Positions 49,057 to 58,887 of a DNA stretch of 64,000 nt are shown in pieces (positions within the stretch are counted from its first letter, which is position 1; every line of letters starts with the position of its first letter). Source of the stretch: Gemmatimonadota bacterium (lineage in GTDB: Bacteria; Gemmatimonadota; Gemmatimonadetes; Gemmatimonadales; Gemmatimonadaceae); the NCBI GenBank assembly GCA_040389905.1, contig JAZJZK010000007.1:319492-383491 (forward strand), given 5' to 3'. Under the pieces are notes generated by a model. It saw only the letters and a list, made by a program, of their open reading frames with translations. It searched no databases and had not been told where the DNA came from. Both the position numbers and the translations under genes were made by a program.

Positions 49057-50091
49057 GTGATTCGGCCGAGCCAGGAAGTAAAGCAGACGAGTGATCCCAT
49101 CCGTATCGGTGTGGTCGGAGCGGGCGCGATCGCTCAACTCACCCATCTTCCCGTCCTGACGAAGATGCGCGGTGTCGAACTGGTCGCCGTCTGCGACAAT
49201 GATCGCCCGAAGGCGCGAGCGCTCGCCGACCGCTTCGGCGTGCCCGACGTGTGTACGGACATCGAAGACCTGCTCGCCACCGAGGGCCTTCAGGCGATCG
49301 TCATTGCGACGCCGAATCACCTGCACGAGCCACATGTCCTGAGCGCAATCGCGTCAGGAGTAGACGCGCTCGTCGAGCGTCCTTTGTCACTGACCGCGCG
49401 GGGTGTGGAACGCATCGTGAACGCGGCCAGCCGCGCCAACCGGAAGGTGCTGGTCGCGAACAATCATCGCTTTCGAAGCGACGTCCAGGCGCTTGCCGGC
49501 TTTCTGCGTGGGGGCGAACTCGGCAAGCTGACCGGCATGCGCGCTGGCGCATACCACCATAAGCGCACCGAGGGTGGTTGGAGACAGCGTCGCGTCGAGT
49601 CGGGTGGCGGATCGTTCTTCGACTATGGTCTTCCGCTGCTCGATCTCGCGCTGTGGCTGAGCGATTATCCGGAACCGGAGCGCGTCGTCGCGCAGATGGA
49701 GCGTGGCAGTGGCAAGAATGCCGTCGAAGAAGCGATGCTGGTACAGGTGCGGTGCAAGTCCGGGATCGCGTTCAATTTCGATGTCTCCGGGTCCTATGTC
49801 GGCGAAGAGGAGCGCTGGTGGTTCGAGACGTTGTCGACGCGCGGGAGCACGCGACTCGCGCCGCTTCGCGTGGTGAAGGAACTGCACGGGCGTCCCACCG
49901 ACGTGTCTCCGCGCGGGGCCGCGGCGCGCGAGAGCGCGTTCATTCAGTCGTATCGCGCGGAACTCGCACACTTCGCGGCCGTCATCGGTGGCTCGGCCGA
50001 ATACGAAGCACCGACGGATCAGATTCTGTTGCACCGAATCGTCGAGGCGATCTACAAGTCCGCGGACGAAGGACGCGAGATTCGCCTGTGA
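49057..50091 (+). CDS. Gfo/Idh/MocA oxidoreductase
   Basis: IRIGVVGAG, IATPNHLH, VERP, SGGG. Confidence 0.88.
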   Translation: MIRPSQEVKQTSDPIRIGVVGAGAIAQLTHLPVLTKMRGVELVAVCDNDRPKARALADRFGVPDVCTDIEDLLATEGLQAIVIATPNHLHEPHVLSAIASGVDALVERPLSLTARGVERIVNAASRANRKVLVANNHRFRSDVQALAGFLRGGELGKLTGMRAGAYHHKRTEGGWRQRRVESGGGSFFDYGLPLLDLALWLSDYPEPERVVAQMERGSGKNAVEEAMLVQVRCKSGIAFNFDVSGSYVGEEERWWFETLSTRGSTRLAPLRVVKELHGRPTDVSPRGAAARESAFIQSYRAELAHFAAVIGGSAEYEAPTDQILLHRIVEAIYKSADEGREIRL

Positions 50092-51335
50092 TGGTTCGCC
50101 GTCTCGTCGCGGCATTCGCGCTGTTCGTCTCGGCGACCGCCAGCGTGCGCGCGCAGACGCCGCCGGCGCCCGCAACGGCCTCCGAGATGACCGTTACACT
50201 CGTGACGTTCGGGCTCGGCGATCTGGTGTGGGAGCGCTTCGGCCATAATGGACTCTGGTTCCACGATCCGGCGACGGGCGAGGACGCGCTCTATGACTGG
50301 GGTCGCTTCAACTTCAAGGATCCCGATTTTCTCATACGATTCCTCAAGCTGGACACGAAGTACTACATGGGTGCCAGCGATGGACCGGGACTCATCGAGG
50401 CGTACAGGGAACGTGGCCGGCCGATTACGCTCCAGCGCCTGAATCTCAGTCGGGCGCAGGCGCAGAAGCTGTATGAGTTCGTGCGGTGGAATGCGCTCGA
50501 AGCGAACAAGTACTACCGCTACGACTACTTCGTCGATAACTGTTCTACCCGATTGCGCGACGCGCTCGACAACGCTCTCGGCGGCGCGATCAAGCGCGCC
50601 TCCGCGACTGCACTCACGAGAACATCGTATCGCCGAGAGAGCGTGCGCCTCACTGACGGCGATCGCCCGGTGCAACTCGGCATCAACCTCGCGCTTGGCC
50701 GCCCGGCGGACGCCCCGCTCACCGAGTGGGAGTCGTATTTCATCCCCATGCGTTTGCGGGATGGCGTGCGGAAGGTGCAGGTCCCAGGTCCTGATGGGAC
50801 GATGGTTCCACTGGTCGCGCAAGAACGTGAGCTCGCGCTTCCGCCAGGGATGACGGCGATCACGGAATTGCCGGAAGCACCGCGACTCGCGTGGCGCTAT
50901 CTCGTGCTCGGGTTGCTGCTCGCTGCCGTCGTCGTCGTGCTGCGACTCGTGATGATGTCCCACCGCGCCGCCGCGTGGGCGTTGGCGGTCATCGGCGCCG
51001 TGTGGTCGCTGATCAACGGTGTACTCGGCGTCATCCTGCTCGTGGTGTGGCTCGCAACGCTGCATGTGTTCTGGAAAGGAAACGAGAACGTCCTCATCTT
51101 GACGCCAATGTCTCTGCCCCTCGTGATCCTGATCCCGGCGGCGTTGCTGCGAAACCAGGCGGAGCGTGCGGCGCGCATGGTTGCATCGATTATCGTTGCC
51201 ATGTCTGCTGTAGCGCTCGTGTTGGCGATAGCACCCGGCGGGCAGGAGAATCGTGCGATTGTGGCGTTGGTCGTGCCCGTGCACCTGGCGTTGGCCTGGG
51301 CGCTCGCGCTGCCGAAAGTGGTTCGTCCCACATAG
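50091..51335 (+). CDS. DUF4105/Lnb-type protein with C-terminal TM helices
   Basis: FGH, YDWGRF, YRYDYFVDNCSTR, FIPM.L; about four C-terminal TMs. Confidence 0.75.
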   Translation: MVRRLVAAFALFVSATASVRAQTPPAPATASEMTVTLVTFGLGDLVWERFGHNGLWFHDPATGEDALYDWGRFNFKDPDFLIRFLKLDTKYYMGASDGPGLIEAYRERGRPITLQRLNLSRAQAQKLYEFVRWNALEANKYYRYDYFVDNCSTRLRDALDNALGGAIKRASATALTRTSYRRESVRLTDGDRPVQLGINLALGRPADAPLTEWESYFIPMRLRDGVRKVQVPGPDGTMVPLVAQERELALPPGMTAITELPEAPRLAWRYLVLGLLLAAVVVVLRLVMMSHRAAAWALAVIGAVWSLINGVLGVILLVVWLATLHVFWKGNENVLILTPMSLPLVILIPAALLRNQAERAARMVASIIVAMSAVALVLAIAPGGQENRAIVALVVPVHLALAWALALPKVVRPT

Positions 51336-51337
51336 GC

Positions 51338-52613
51338 ATGCGCAGGACGTTGTGCGGAATTGCGACGCGCCTTGCCCTCATGGCACTCGCGAACGCTGCG
51401 CACGCGAACGCACAGGATCTGCGAGGCGAACCCCGTCGCACTCAAGGTCCTCGCCTATGACCGCACTCTGGATGGCGCTCCGGACCGTATTGAGAAACAG
51501 ATCGTGCGCATCGATTCGAGCGGCGGCGCAAAGACGTCGTTTACTGCGGTGCAATCGGCTGCCGACTTTGTTCGGCTCGGCTTCGTTCGCGAGCAGCGTG
51601 GTCTGTACACCTTTCTCGGGCCGGACGCGGAGACGCTGCTCGACAACGAGTTTACCGCTGGTTACTGCTTCTGGGTTCACGAGCCCGATGGCGCACGCGT
51701 CAACCAGGTTGGCCTAGTCTTCGAGCCGGCAGGGCGGCGACGTGGTCGAGTAGATATCGCGGGGACGCTGTGGGTCGACACGGCCGCTCGTGCACTGCGA
51801 GACATCGACTTTGCTTTCGTCGGCACCGGCAAGCAAATCGGTGCACCGGAGCCGGGCGGGCACATCTGGTTCCGCGAGATGCCGAATGGCGTCGTGCTCA
51901 TCGACCGGTGGTTTCTGCGGTTGACCTGTGCAGGCGTCGACACACTGGACCGCACCCGGTTTCGCGGCCCTCCGCTCTGGGAAAACTATCTTCACGATGT
52001 GGGCGGTGAAGTCGCTCGCGCGTCGTGGCCGGACGGGCAGTCGTGGCGCGCCTCGCTTGGTACGGTGCGGCTCCATCTCGACGACCAGTTCGGGAGGCCG
52101 GAGCGGAGACAATCGATTCGTCTGGACGGCACCGATTACGCGGGCACGCCGGACAGCGCGGGCAACATCGTCATTCCTGATCTGCTGCCTGGACCGTACG
52201 CCGTCGTGGTGGTGGATGCAATGTCTGGCGTGACGATGCCGACCGCGCTCCGGTTTTCCGCTCTGCGCGACAGCGTTATGCAATTCTCCATCGTCGCACC
52301 CTCGGCCGAGCGTTTCCAGAAGAAGGCCTGCCTCGGCGACCGTCGGAACACGTGGACAATCGGTCGTGCGCAACGAATGGATGGGAAGGGAGTCGCTGGC
52401 ATCCGGTGGGACGTCGGCATCGACCTCAATGAATCGTCGGAGATTGTTTTCGCGAGCGGCAAGACTGACGGGGACGGTGCGTTCGGCTTCTGTAGTTCGC
52501 TGCTCCGCGACCGGCGGCTGGGCGTGCGCGTCGCGGACAATGGAGCACCCCAGAACGTGGTGATCAGGACGCTCGAGGATGTCGCCTCGTCGTTCGTCGT
52601 CACGCTACCGTAG
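51338..52613 (+). pseudogene. Paralog of 53263..54999 with an internal deletion and frameshift at about 51421-51427
   Basis: Signal peptide ...NAQDLRG joins out of frame to EANP...; about 120 codons present in the paralog are missing. Confidence 0.75.
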
Positions 52614-52658
52614 TAGGCCATCGTCCGCCTTTATAGCCGTGGGCGCGAGAACCGAGAA

Positions 52659-52744
52659 TGTCATCCCGAGCGAAGTCGCCGTCTGCACCTTCAGTCTGAG
52701 TCTTGGTGCGGGCCCTTCAACTCGCATGCTCGCTCGGGGTGACA
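52659..52744. repeat. REP-like doublet (A/B hybrid)
   Basis: tgtcatcccgagcgaagtcgccgtctgcacc ... ggtgcgggcccttcaactcgcatgctcgctcggggtgaca. Confidence 0.8.
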
Positions 52745-52786
52745 GTAGGGATGGCGAGTGTGCCGCGAATTGTGTACAATTGGCCG

Positions 52787-53266
52787 GTGACCGCTGAGAT
52801 CGTCCCATTCGAGCCAGCCCATGCGCACGCATTCTATGCTCTCAACCGTGCATGGCTCGACGCGCACGGTCTCTATGAACCGGCCGACGAGCACCATCTT
52901 GCCCATCCCGAACGATCGATCCTTGCGGAAGGCGGCAGCATCTTCATTGCGGTCACCGAAGGCGAAGTCATTGGCACTGCGGCCGTTGTGCCGATCGACG
53001 AGCGAGTGGTGGAAATCGTGAAACTGACAGTGGCGAGTCACGCGCGCGGGCAGGGCCTTGGGCGACGCTTGGTGAATGCGTGTGTCCAGCGCGCACGTGA
53101 CGCAGGCGCTGAGCGGATTGCCCTCGTGTCCAGCTCGTTGCTCCACGACGCCCTGGCCCTGTATGAATCGATGGGTTTCGAACATCGGCCGATGCCATCG
53201 CGTGTTCCGTACGCGACTGCCGACGTGTACATGGAACTCGCCCTCGGGGATGCGGTACGCGCATGA
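52787..53266 (+). CDS. GNAT family N-acetyltransferase
   Basis: EIVKLTV..HARGQGLGRRL, ALALYESMGF; TACAAT 6 nt before the GTG. Confidence 0.88.
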   Translation: MTAEIVPFEPAHAHAFYALNRAWLDAHGLYEPADEHHLAHPERSILAEGGSIFIAVTEGEVIGTAAVVPIDERVVEIVKLTVASHARGQGLGRRLVNACVQRARDAGAERIALVSSSLLHDALALYESMGFEHRPMPSRVPYATADVYMELALGDAVRA

Positions 53267-54999
53267 GATTCCTGGCGAGTCTCCATGCACGTCATCCCGA
53301 GCGAAGTCGAGGGATCTGCACGCGCAGCATGGGTTTGAGGTGCAGACCCCTCGACTCGCTTCGCTCCCTCGGGGTGACAATCCTGGCACTCATTGCCATA
53401 GCTATTCCGCGCGTCGCCGCAGCGCAGGAACTCCGCGGTACGATCATCGATAGCACGTCGCGCCGGCCGGTTGCGGGGGCCGTCGTCATGCTGATGGATT
53501 CTGTCCGGATGATGTTGGGGCGAGGACTCAGCGACGAGCGCGGAGAGTACAGGCTGCTTCTGACCGCAGCCGCGACGCGCATACGCATTGTCAGACTGGG
53601 TTTCCGCGCACGCGAAGTGTCGCTGCCCGCCGACCATGCCACTGGCGGCCGTGTGGACGTTGTCATGCTCGCCATTCCGGCGATGCTCGATCGCGTGGCG
53701 GTGATCGCGTCACCAAAGTGTGCGAAGCGAAGCGATGCAGAGGCGGCGCTCGCGCTCCTCGATCAGGCTCGATCCGGCCTGCTCGCAACCATCGTCGCGC
53801 GCGAGGCGAATCCCGGCACCTTCAAGATGCTCGCCTTCGGCCGCTCGATGGACGGATACAGCGACAGGATTCTGAAACAGGCCGTTCGCATCGATTCGAG
53901 TTCTGCGACGAAGTCGTTCTACGCGGTGCGGACCGGTGCCGATTTCGTACGGCTCGGCTTCGCGCGTGATAGCAATGGGGTTCGCAACTACCTGGGACCC
54001 GACGCCGAAACGCTGATCGACAACGATTTCGCGCTCGGCTACTGCTTTCGGGTGCACGATCCAGTGCGCGAACGGCCCCATCAGGTTGGGCTCACCTTTG
54101 GCGCGGCGGACCGCAAAAAGGGTCGCATCGACGTCGACGGCACGTTGTGGGTGGATACCGCAGCACGCGCGTTGCGCGACATCGAGTTTTCCTTCGTCGG
54201 AACCGAGCCTCTGCTTGGCGCACCCACGCCGGGCGGCCACATCTGGTTCCGCGAAATGCCAAGCGGTGTCGTGATCATCGACCGGTGGTTCTTTCGCTTG
54301 ATCGGCGCAGGAAGCGACACCAGCTACAGCCACCGTAGTGACCAGTCGATCCGCACCTGGTACTTCGCCCGCGACGCGGGGGGCGAAGTCGCGCGCGTCA
54401 TATGGCCCGACGGCCGCGCCTGGAAAGCATCGCTCGGCACGCTGGAACTACATCTCGTGGATCGGCTCGGCCGGCCGGCGCGGAACCAGATCATCAGGTT
54501 GCGTGACACGGACTACCTCGCGAGCCCCAACGCCCGTGGCGACCTGGAGATTCCGGATTTGCTGCCTGGTCCGTACGTCGTGCAGGCGATCGACGTCGAG
54601 AGTGGCGTCGCGCTCGATACCGACCTCTCCATCGTGGCCATCCGGGACAGCGTCGTGCGCACGGCGCTCGTGGCACCGGCGCCGGATGTCTTTCGGAAGA
54701 AGGCGTGCGAGCGAACCGCTCCGAACAGGTGGATTCCCGTGCTGGTCCTCATCGGTCAGAAGGCACCGGCGCCTGGCGTCGAGTGGGAAATCGGTACGCG
54801 ACTCGGCACGGAAGCGGAGGACGTCATCGCGAGCGGACATGCCGACGAGGAGGGCCGGTTTGGGTTTTGTAGTTCGTTGATGAAGGATCGGATCCTCGAC
54901 GTTCGTACGCGTCGAAATGAGGCGACGCGGCAGGACATCATCACGAGTCTCGTTGGCACGGTCAACGAGCTCAAGATCACGCTGCCGCCATCCCCATAG
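53263..54999 (+). CDS. Secreted carboxypeptidase-regulatory-like domain protein with a 30-codon repeat insertion in its signal peptide
   Basis: ATGA-coupled to the GNAT gene; QELRGTIID domain; core shared with 11367..13931. Confidence 0.8.
   Translation: MRFLASLHARHPERSRGICTRSMGLRCRPLDSLRSLGVTILALIAIAIPRVAAAQELRGTIIDSTSRRPVAGAVVMLMDSVRMMLGRGLSDERGEYRLLLTAAATRIRIVRLGFRAREVSLPADHATGGRVDVVMLAIPAMLDRVAVIASPKCAKRSDAEAALALLDQARSGLLATIVAREANPGTFKMLAFGRSMDGYSDRILKQAVRIDSSSATKSFYAVRTGADFVRLGFARDSNGVRNYLGPDAETLIDNDFALGYCFRVHDPVRERPHQVGLTFGAADRKKGRIDVDGTLWVDTAARALRDIEFSFVGTEPLLGAPTPGGHIWFREMPSGVVIIDRWFFRLIGAGSDTSYSHRSDQSIRTWYFARDAGGEVARVIWPDGRAWKASLGTLELHLVDRLGRPARNQIIRLRDTDYLASPNARGDLEIPDLLPGPYVVQAIDVESGVALDTDLSIVAIRDSVVRTALVAPAPDVFRKKACERTAPNRWIPVLVLIGQKAPAPGVEWEIGTRLGTEAEDVIASGHADEEGRFGFCSSLMKDRILDVRTRRNEATRQDIITSLVGTVNELKITLPPSP
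53290..53379. repeat. REP-like subtype A doublet inserted in frame in a CDS
   Basis: cgtcatcccgagcgaagtcgagggatctgcac ... gtgcagacccctcgactcgcttcgctccctcggggtgaca; 90 bp. Confidence 0.85.
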
Positions 55000-55006
55000 C
55001 CACTGT

Positions 55007-55044
55007 TCGTTTTGTCGCCCTGAGCGCAGCGAAGGGCCCGCACC
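55007..55044. repeat. REP-like subtype B
   Basis: tcgttttgtcgccctgagcgcagcgaagggcccgcacc. Confidence 0.8.
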
Positions 55045-55087
55045 TTTGCACTTACTCATGGTGTTGCGCCGCGCCAAATTTCATCTC

Positions 55088-57043
55088 GTGAGCGCACTCT
55101 CCGTTGGAATCGATGTTGGCGGCACTTTCACTGATCTCGTCGCCGTTGACGCGTTCGGCGCCGTCAGTGCGCGCAAAGTCCCGAGCACGCCAAGTGATCA
55201 GAGTGAAGGGGTGGCCAGTGCGCTCGCACTGCTCCAGAGCGAGCCCGTCGCGAGGTTCGTGCATGGCACGACGGTCGCGACGAACATGCTGCTCGAGCGC
55301 GCCGGCGCACGCGTCGTCCTCATTGCGACCGACGGATTCACTGATGTATTGCACCTCGCGCGACAGGACCGAGCATCGCTCTACGATCTGACGCGACATC
55401 ATCCCGCTCCTCTCGTCGATCGCGCTCACACGGTCGGCGCTCGCGAGCGCATCGAGCCCGAGGGTGTGCGGCTAGAGCTCACCGCGGCGGCGATCCACGA
55501 GATCGTCGAGCAGGTGCGCGCACTCGCGCCGGATGTCATCGCGATCTCCCTGCTGCACGCGTACGACGACAGCGCACATGAGCAGCGCATCGCCGAGGCG
55601 CTGCGTGCGGCATTTCCGAGCGTGGATGTGGTGCTATCGTCGGACGTATTTCCGGAGATTCGCGAATACGAGCGCACGGCGACGGCGGTGGCCGAGTCGT
55701 ACCTCCGCCCCGGCGTCTCTCGATATCTGGAGCGGCTCTCGGAGCGAGCGGCAGCGCTCGGCGTGCCGGCGCCCGGGGTGATGACGTCTGGCGGCGGAAT
55801 GCGAACGATCGCCCAGGCGGCGCGAAGCGCGGCATCGCTCGCGCTGTCGGGGCCGGCGGGAGGTGTCGTCGGCGCAGCAGCCGTGTTGAAGGCCGCGGGC
55901 TTCTCGAATGCGCTCACCGTGGATATTGGTGGAACGAGCGCGGACGTCGGCCTCATTCTCGGCGGCGAGCCGTTGATTGAACCGGGCGGCCGAGTGGCAG
56001 GCGTTCCGATTTCACTCCCACGTGTGCTTGTCGAAACGGTGTCGGCAGGTGGCGGGAGTATCGGGTGGATCGACGATGGCGGCGCGTTGCGCGTCGGTCC
56101 TCGCAGCGCCGGCGCCGTTCCCGGACCCGCTGCGTTCGGCCGCGGCGGTACGCAGGCCACCGTCACCGACGCTCACGTGGTCCTTGGTCACATCACCGCG
56201 AGCGCACTCAGCGCCGGCGTGTCGCTCGACCTCGACGCAGCACGCCGCGCCGTCGCAATTCTCGCCGAGCGGCTGGACGTCGAGCCGGAACGTCTGGCTC
56301 GCGCGATGGTCGATATCGCGGACGCGTCCGTGGCGCGCGCCCTTCGCCGGGTGAGCGTCGAACGAGGCGTGAACCCCCGTGATTGCGTCCTCGTCCCGTT
56401 TGGCGGCGGGGGGCCACTCCACGCGTGTGGTCTCGCCGAGCAGTTGGGTGTCTCGACGATCTTCGTTCCGCCATTTCCTGGCATGCTGAGCGCCGTTGGT
56501 CTGGCGATCACCCCGGAGCGGCGTGAGCGAATGGTGAGCGTCCTCGCGCGCGCGGACGCGCTCGATGCAGACACATTGCGCGCCGCGTTGGAGCGCGCCG
56601 CCGAGGGCGTTGCCGAGGGTCACGATTGGCAGCGCACGTGGACGGCGCGCATGCGGTACGTCGGGCAAGGCCACGAGCTCGATGTGCCCGCCTTCGTCGC
56701 TGACGACGGGTCCGCCCTGTCGACCCGCTTCGGCGCCGCGCACGCGCAGCGGAATGGGTTTACACTTGGTTCGCCGGCGGAGTTGATCGGAGTACGCCAC
56801 GTTGCCAGCGGCTCCGGGCATCCGATTCGTTTCGAGCGCCTCGAATCGTCGGAGTGGAGCGCGGCGACGCGTATTGACGACGGCGGGAGTTTCCAGGCAG
56901 AGCTCCACGGGCCCGCCGTCGTCGTGCTAGCCGGTGCAACACTGAGTGTGAAAGAGGGATGGACGGCGAACCCGCACGCAACGGGCGGGTGGCTGATCAC
57001 TTCACTACGTTTTCCGAATGGCAGAAAAGAAGAAGAAGCCTAA
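55088..57043 (+). CDS. Hydantoinase/oxoprolinase subunit A
   Basis: GIDVGGTFTD, HGTTVATN, EYER, SGPAGG, DIGGTS, SAGAVPGPA, TVTDA. Confidence 0.92.
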   Translation: MSALSVGIDVGGTFTDLVAVDAFGAVSARKVPSTPSDQSEGVASALALLQSEPVARFVHGTTVATNMLLERAGARVVLIATDGFTDVLHLARQDRASLYDLTRHHPAPLVDRAHTVGARERIEPEGVRLELTAAAIHEIVEQVRALAPDVIAISLLHAYDDSAHEQRIAEALRAAFPSVDVVLSSDVFPEIREYERTATAVAESYLRPGVSRYLERLSERAAALGVPAPGVMTSGGGMRTIAQAARSAASLALSGPAGGVVGAAAVLKAAGFSNALTVDIGGTSADVGLILGGEPLIEPGGRVAGVPISLPRVLVETVSAGGGSIGWIDDGGALRVGPRSAGAVPGPAAFGRGGTQATVTDAHVVLGHITASALSAGVSLDLDAARRAVAILAERLDVEPERLARAMVDIADASVARALRRVSVERGVNPRDCVLVPFGGGGPLHACGLAEQLGVSTIFVPPFPGMLSAVGLAITPERRERMVSVLARADALDADTLRAALERAAEGVAEGHDWQRTWTARMRYVGQGHELDVPAFVADDGSALSTRFGAAHAQRNGFTLGSPAELIGVRHVASGSGHPIRFERLESSEWSAATRIDDGGSFQAELHGPAVVVLAGATLSVKEGWTANPHATGGWLITSLRFPNGRKEEEA

Positions 57044-58880
57044 ATACGATTCAAAGCGCGCGTGGGCCGAAGCTCGTGCGTTGATCTGGGAGCATCGCAC
57101 GTCGGTCAGCATTGGCCTCGTGCTCATGCTGATCAGCCGAGCAGCAGGGTTCGTGCTTCCGGCAAGCACGAAATGGCTTATCGATGACGTGATCGGTAAG
57201 CACCATGTCGAGCTGCTCATGCCCCTCGCGTTGGCCGCGGGCGCCGCGACGTTGATCAACGCCCTGACGTCATACGCCCTCTCCCAAGTCGTCAGCGTGG
57301 CGGCGCAACAGGCGATCGCCAAACTCCGTGAAGACGTGCAGGCGCATCTCGTGCGACTACCTGTACGGTTTTTCGATAGCACGAAGAGCGGCATTCTCGT
57401 CTCGCGCGTCATGAACGACCCCGAGGGGATTCGCAACCTCGTCGGTACCGGGCTCATTCAGCTGGTGGGCGGATTCGTGACCGCCGTCGTCGCCCTGGTC
57501 GTACTCTTCTGGTTGAACTGGAAGCTCACGTCGGGGACCGTGATTTTCCTCGGTATTTTCGGAACGGGCATGGCCATCGCGTTCGGCAAACTTCGCCCGC
57601 TCTTTCGCGAGCGGAGTGTCATTACGGCCGACGTGACGGGGCGTCTCGCGGAAACGATCGGCGGCATTCGCATCGTCAAGGTGTACACCGCGGAGGAACG
57701 CGAGCGGGCTGTGTTTGCCGGAGGCGTGCAGCGGTTGTTCCGAAACGTCGCGAGCACGATCACCGGCACCTCGGCGACGAGTGCACTTTCCACGGCCGTG
57801 GTCGGAGCGATCGGCGTGCTGCTGATGGTGTTCGGCGGACGCGCCGTGCTTGCCGGCGCGATGACGCTCGGCGACCTGCTGATGTACCTGATCTTCATCG
57901 GCTTGGTGACGCTGCCACTCGTTCAGATCGCGAACATCGGCACGCAGCTCACCGAAGCACTGGCTGGCCTCGATCGCATTCGCGAGCTGCGCGACATGGC
58001 GACCGAGGATCAGGAAGACGCGAACAGGGCGCCGGTGCCCGCCGTGCGTGGAGATGTGGCCTTCGAGAACGTGTGGTTCGAATACGAACCCGGCGTGCCG
58101 GTGCTCAAGGGCGTGTCGTTCAGTGCGCCGGCAGGCACCACCACTGCGCTCGTCGGCTCGAGCGGATCGGGGAAGAGCACGCTCATTTCCCTCGTCATGG
58201 CCTTCGCTCGGCCGCAGACCGGTCGCATCCTGTTGGATGAAGCCGATCTCGAAAGCCTCAAGTTGCACGACTACCGTGGACATCTCGGCGTCGTGATGCA
58301 GGACAACTTCCTGTTCGACGGCACGGTGAAGGAGAACATCGCCTTCACGCGCCCCAACGCGACCGACGAGCAGGTGCGCGACGTCGCGCGCATCGCGAAT
58401 GTCGACGAATTCGTGCAAGGCTTTCCCGACAAGTACGATACGATCGTGGGCGAGCGTGGCGTGAAGCTGTCCGGCGGCCAGCGCCAGCGCGTCGCGATCG
58501 CGCGCGCCATTCTCGCGGATCCGCGCATCCTCATTCTCGACGAAGCGACGTCCTCGCTCGACAGCGAAAGCGAGCAGATGATCCAGCAGGGGCTTCGTCG
58601 CCTGCGTGCGGGACGAACCACATTCGTCATCGCGCACCGGTTGTCCACGATCACCAGCGCCGACCAGATCCTCGTGCTCGAGCATGGAGAAATCGTCGAG
58701 CGAGGGAATCATCACGAGCTGCTGGCGCACAGCGGACGGTATCGCGATCTGTACGAGCGGCAGCACCGCGTGGAGGACGATGTGTTCGTCAACCCCGGAG
58801 AGGACCCGATTCCAACGGACGAGAGCGATGCGCGCGCCGAGGCGTTGCGGATCGCGGCGCGCACGGGAAGCCGGCTGTAG
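57018..58880 (+). CDS. ABC exporter (fused TMD and NBD, MsbA/Sav1866-like)
   Basis: TM domain, GSSGSGKS, LSGGQRQR, ILDEATS, IAHRLST. Confidence 0.93.
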   Translation: MAEKKKKPKYDSKRAWAEARALIWEHRTSVSIGLVLMLISRAAGFVLPASTKWLIDDVIGKHHVELLMPLALAAGAATLINALTSYALSQVVSVAAQQAIAKLREDVQAHLVRLPVRFFDSTKSGILVSRVMNDPEGIRNLVGTGLIQLVGGFVTAVVALVVLFWLNWKLTSGTVIFLGIFGTGMAIAFGKLRPLFRERSVITADVTGRLAETIGGIRIVKVYTAEERERAVFAGGVQRLFRNVASTITGTSATSALSTAVVGAIGVLLMVFGGRAVLAGAMTLGDLLMYLIFIGLVTLPLVQIANIGTQLTEALAGLDRIRELRDMATEDQEDANRAPVPAVRGDVAFENVWFEYEPGVPVLKGVSFSAPAGTTTALVGSSGSGKSTLISLVMAFARPQTGRILLDEADLESLKLHDYRGHLGVVMQDNFLFDGTVKENIAFTRPNATDEQVRDVARIANVDEFVQGFPDKYDTIVGERGVKLSGGQRQRVAIARAILADPRILILDEATSSLDSESEQMIQQGLRRLRAGRTTFVIAHRLSTITSADQILVLEHGEIVERGNHHELLAHSGRYRDLYERQHRVEDDVFVNPGEDPIPTDESDARAEALRIAARTGSRL

Positions 58881-58887
58881 CGCGGAC

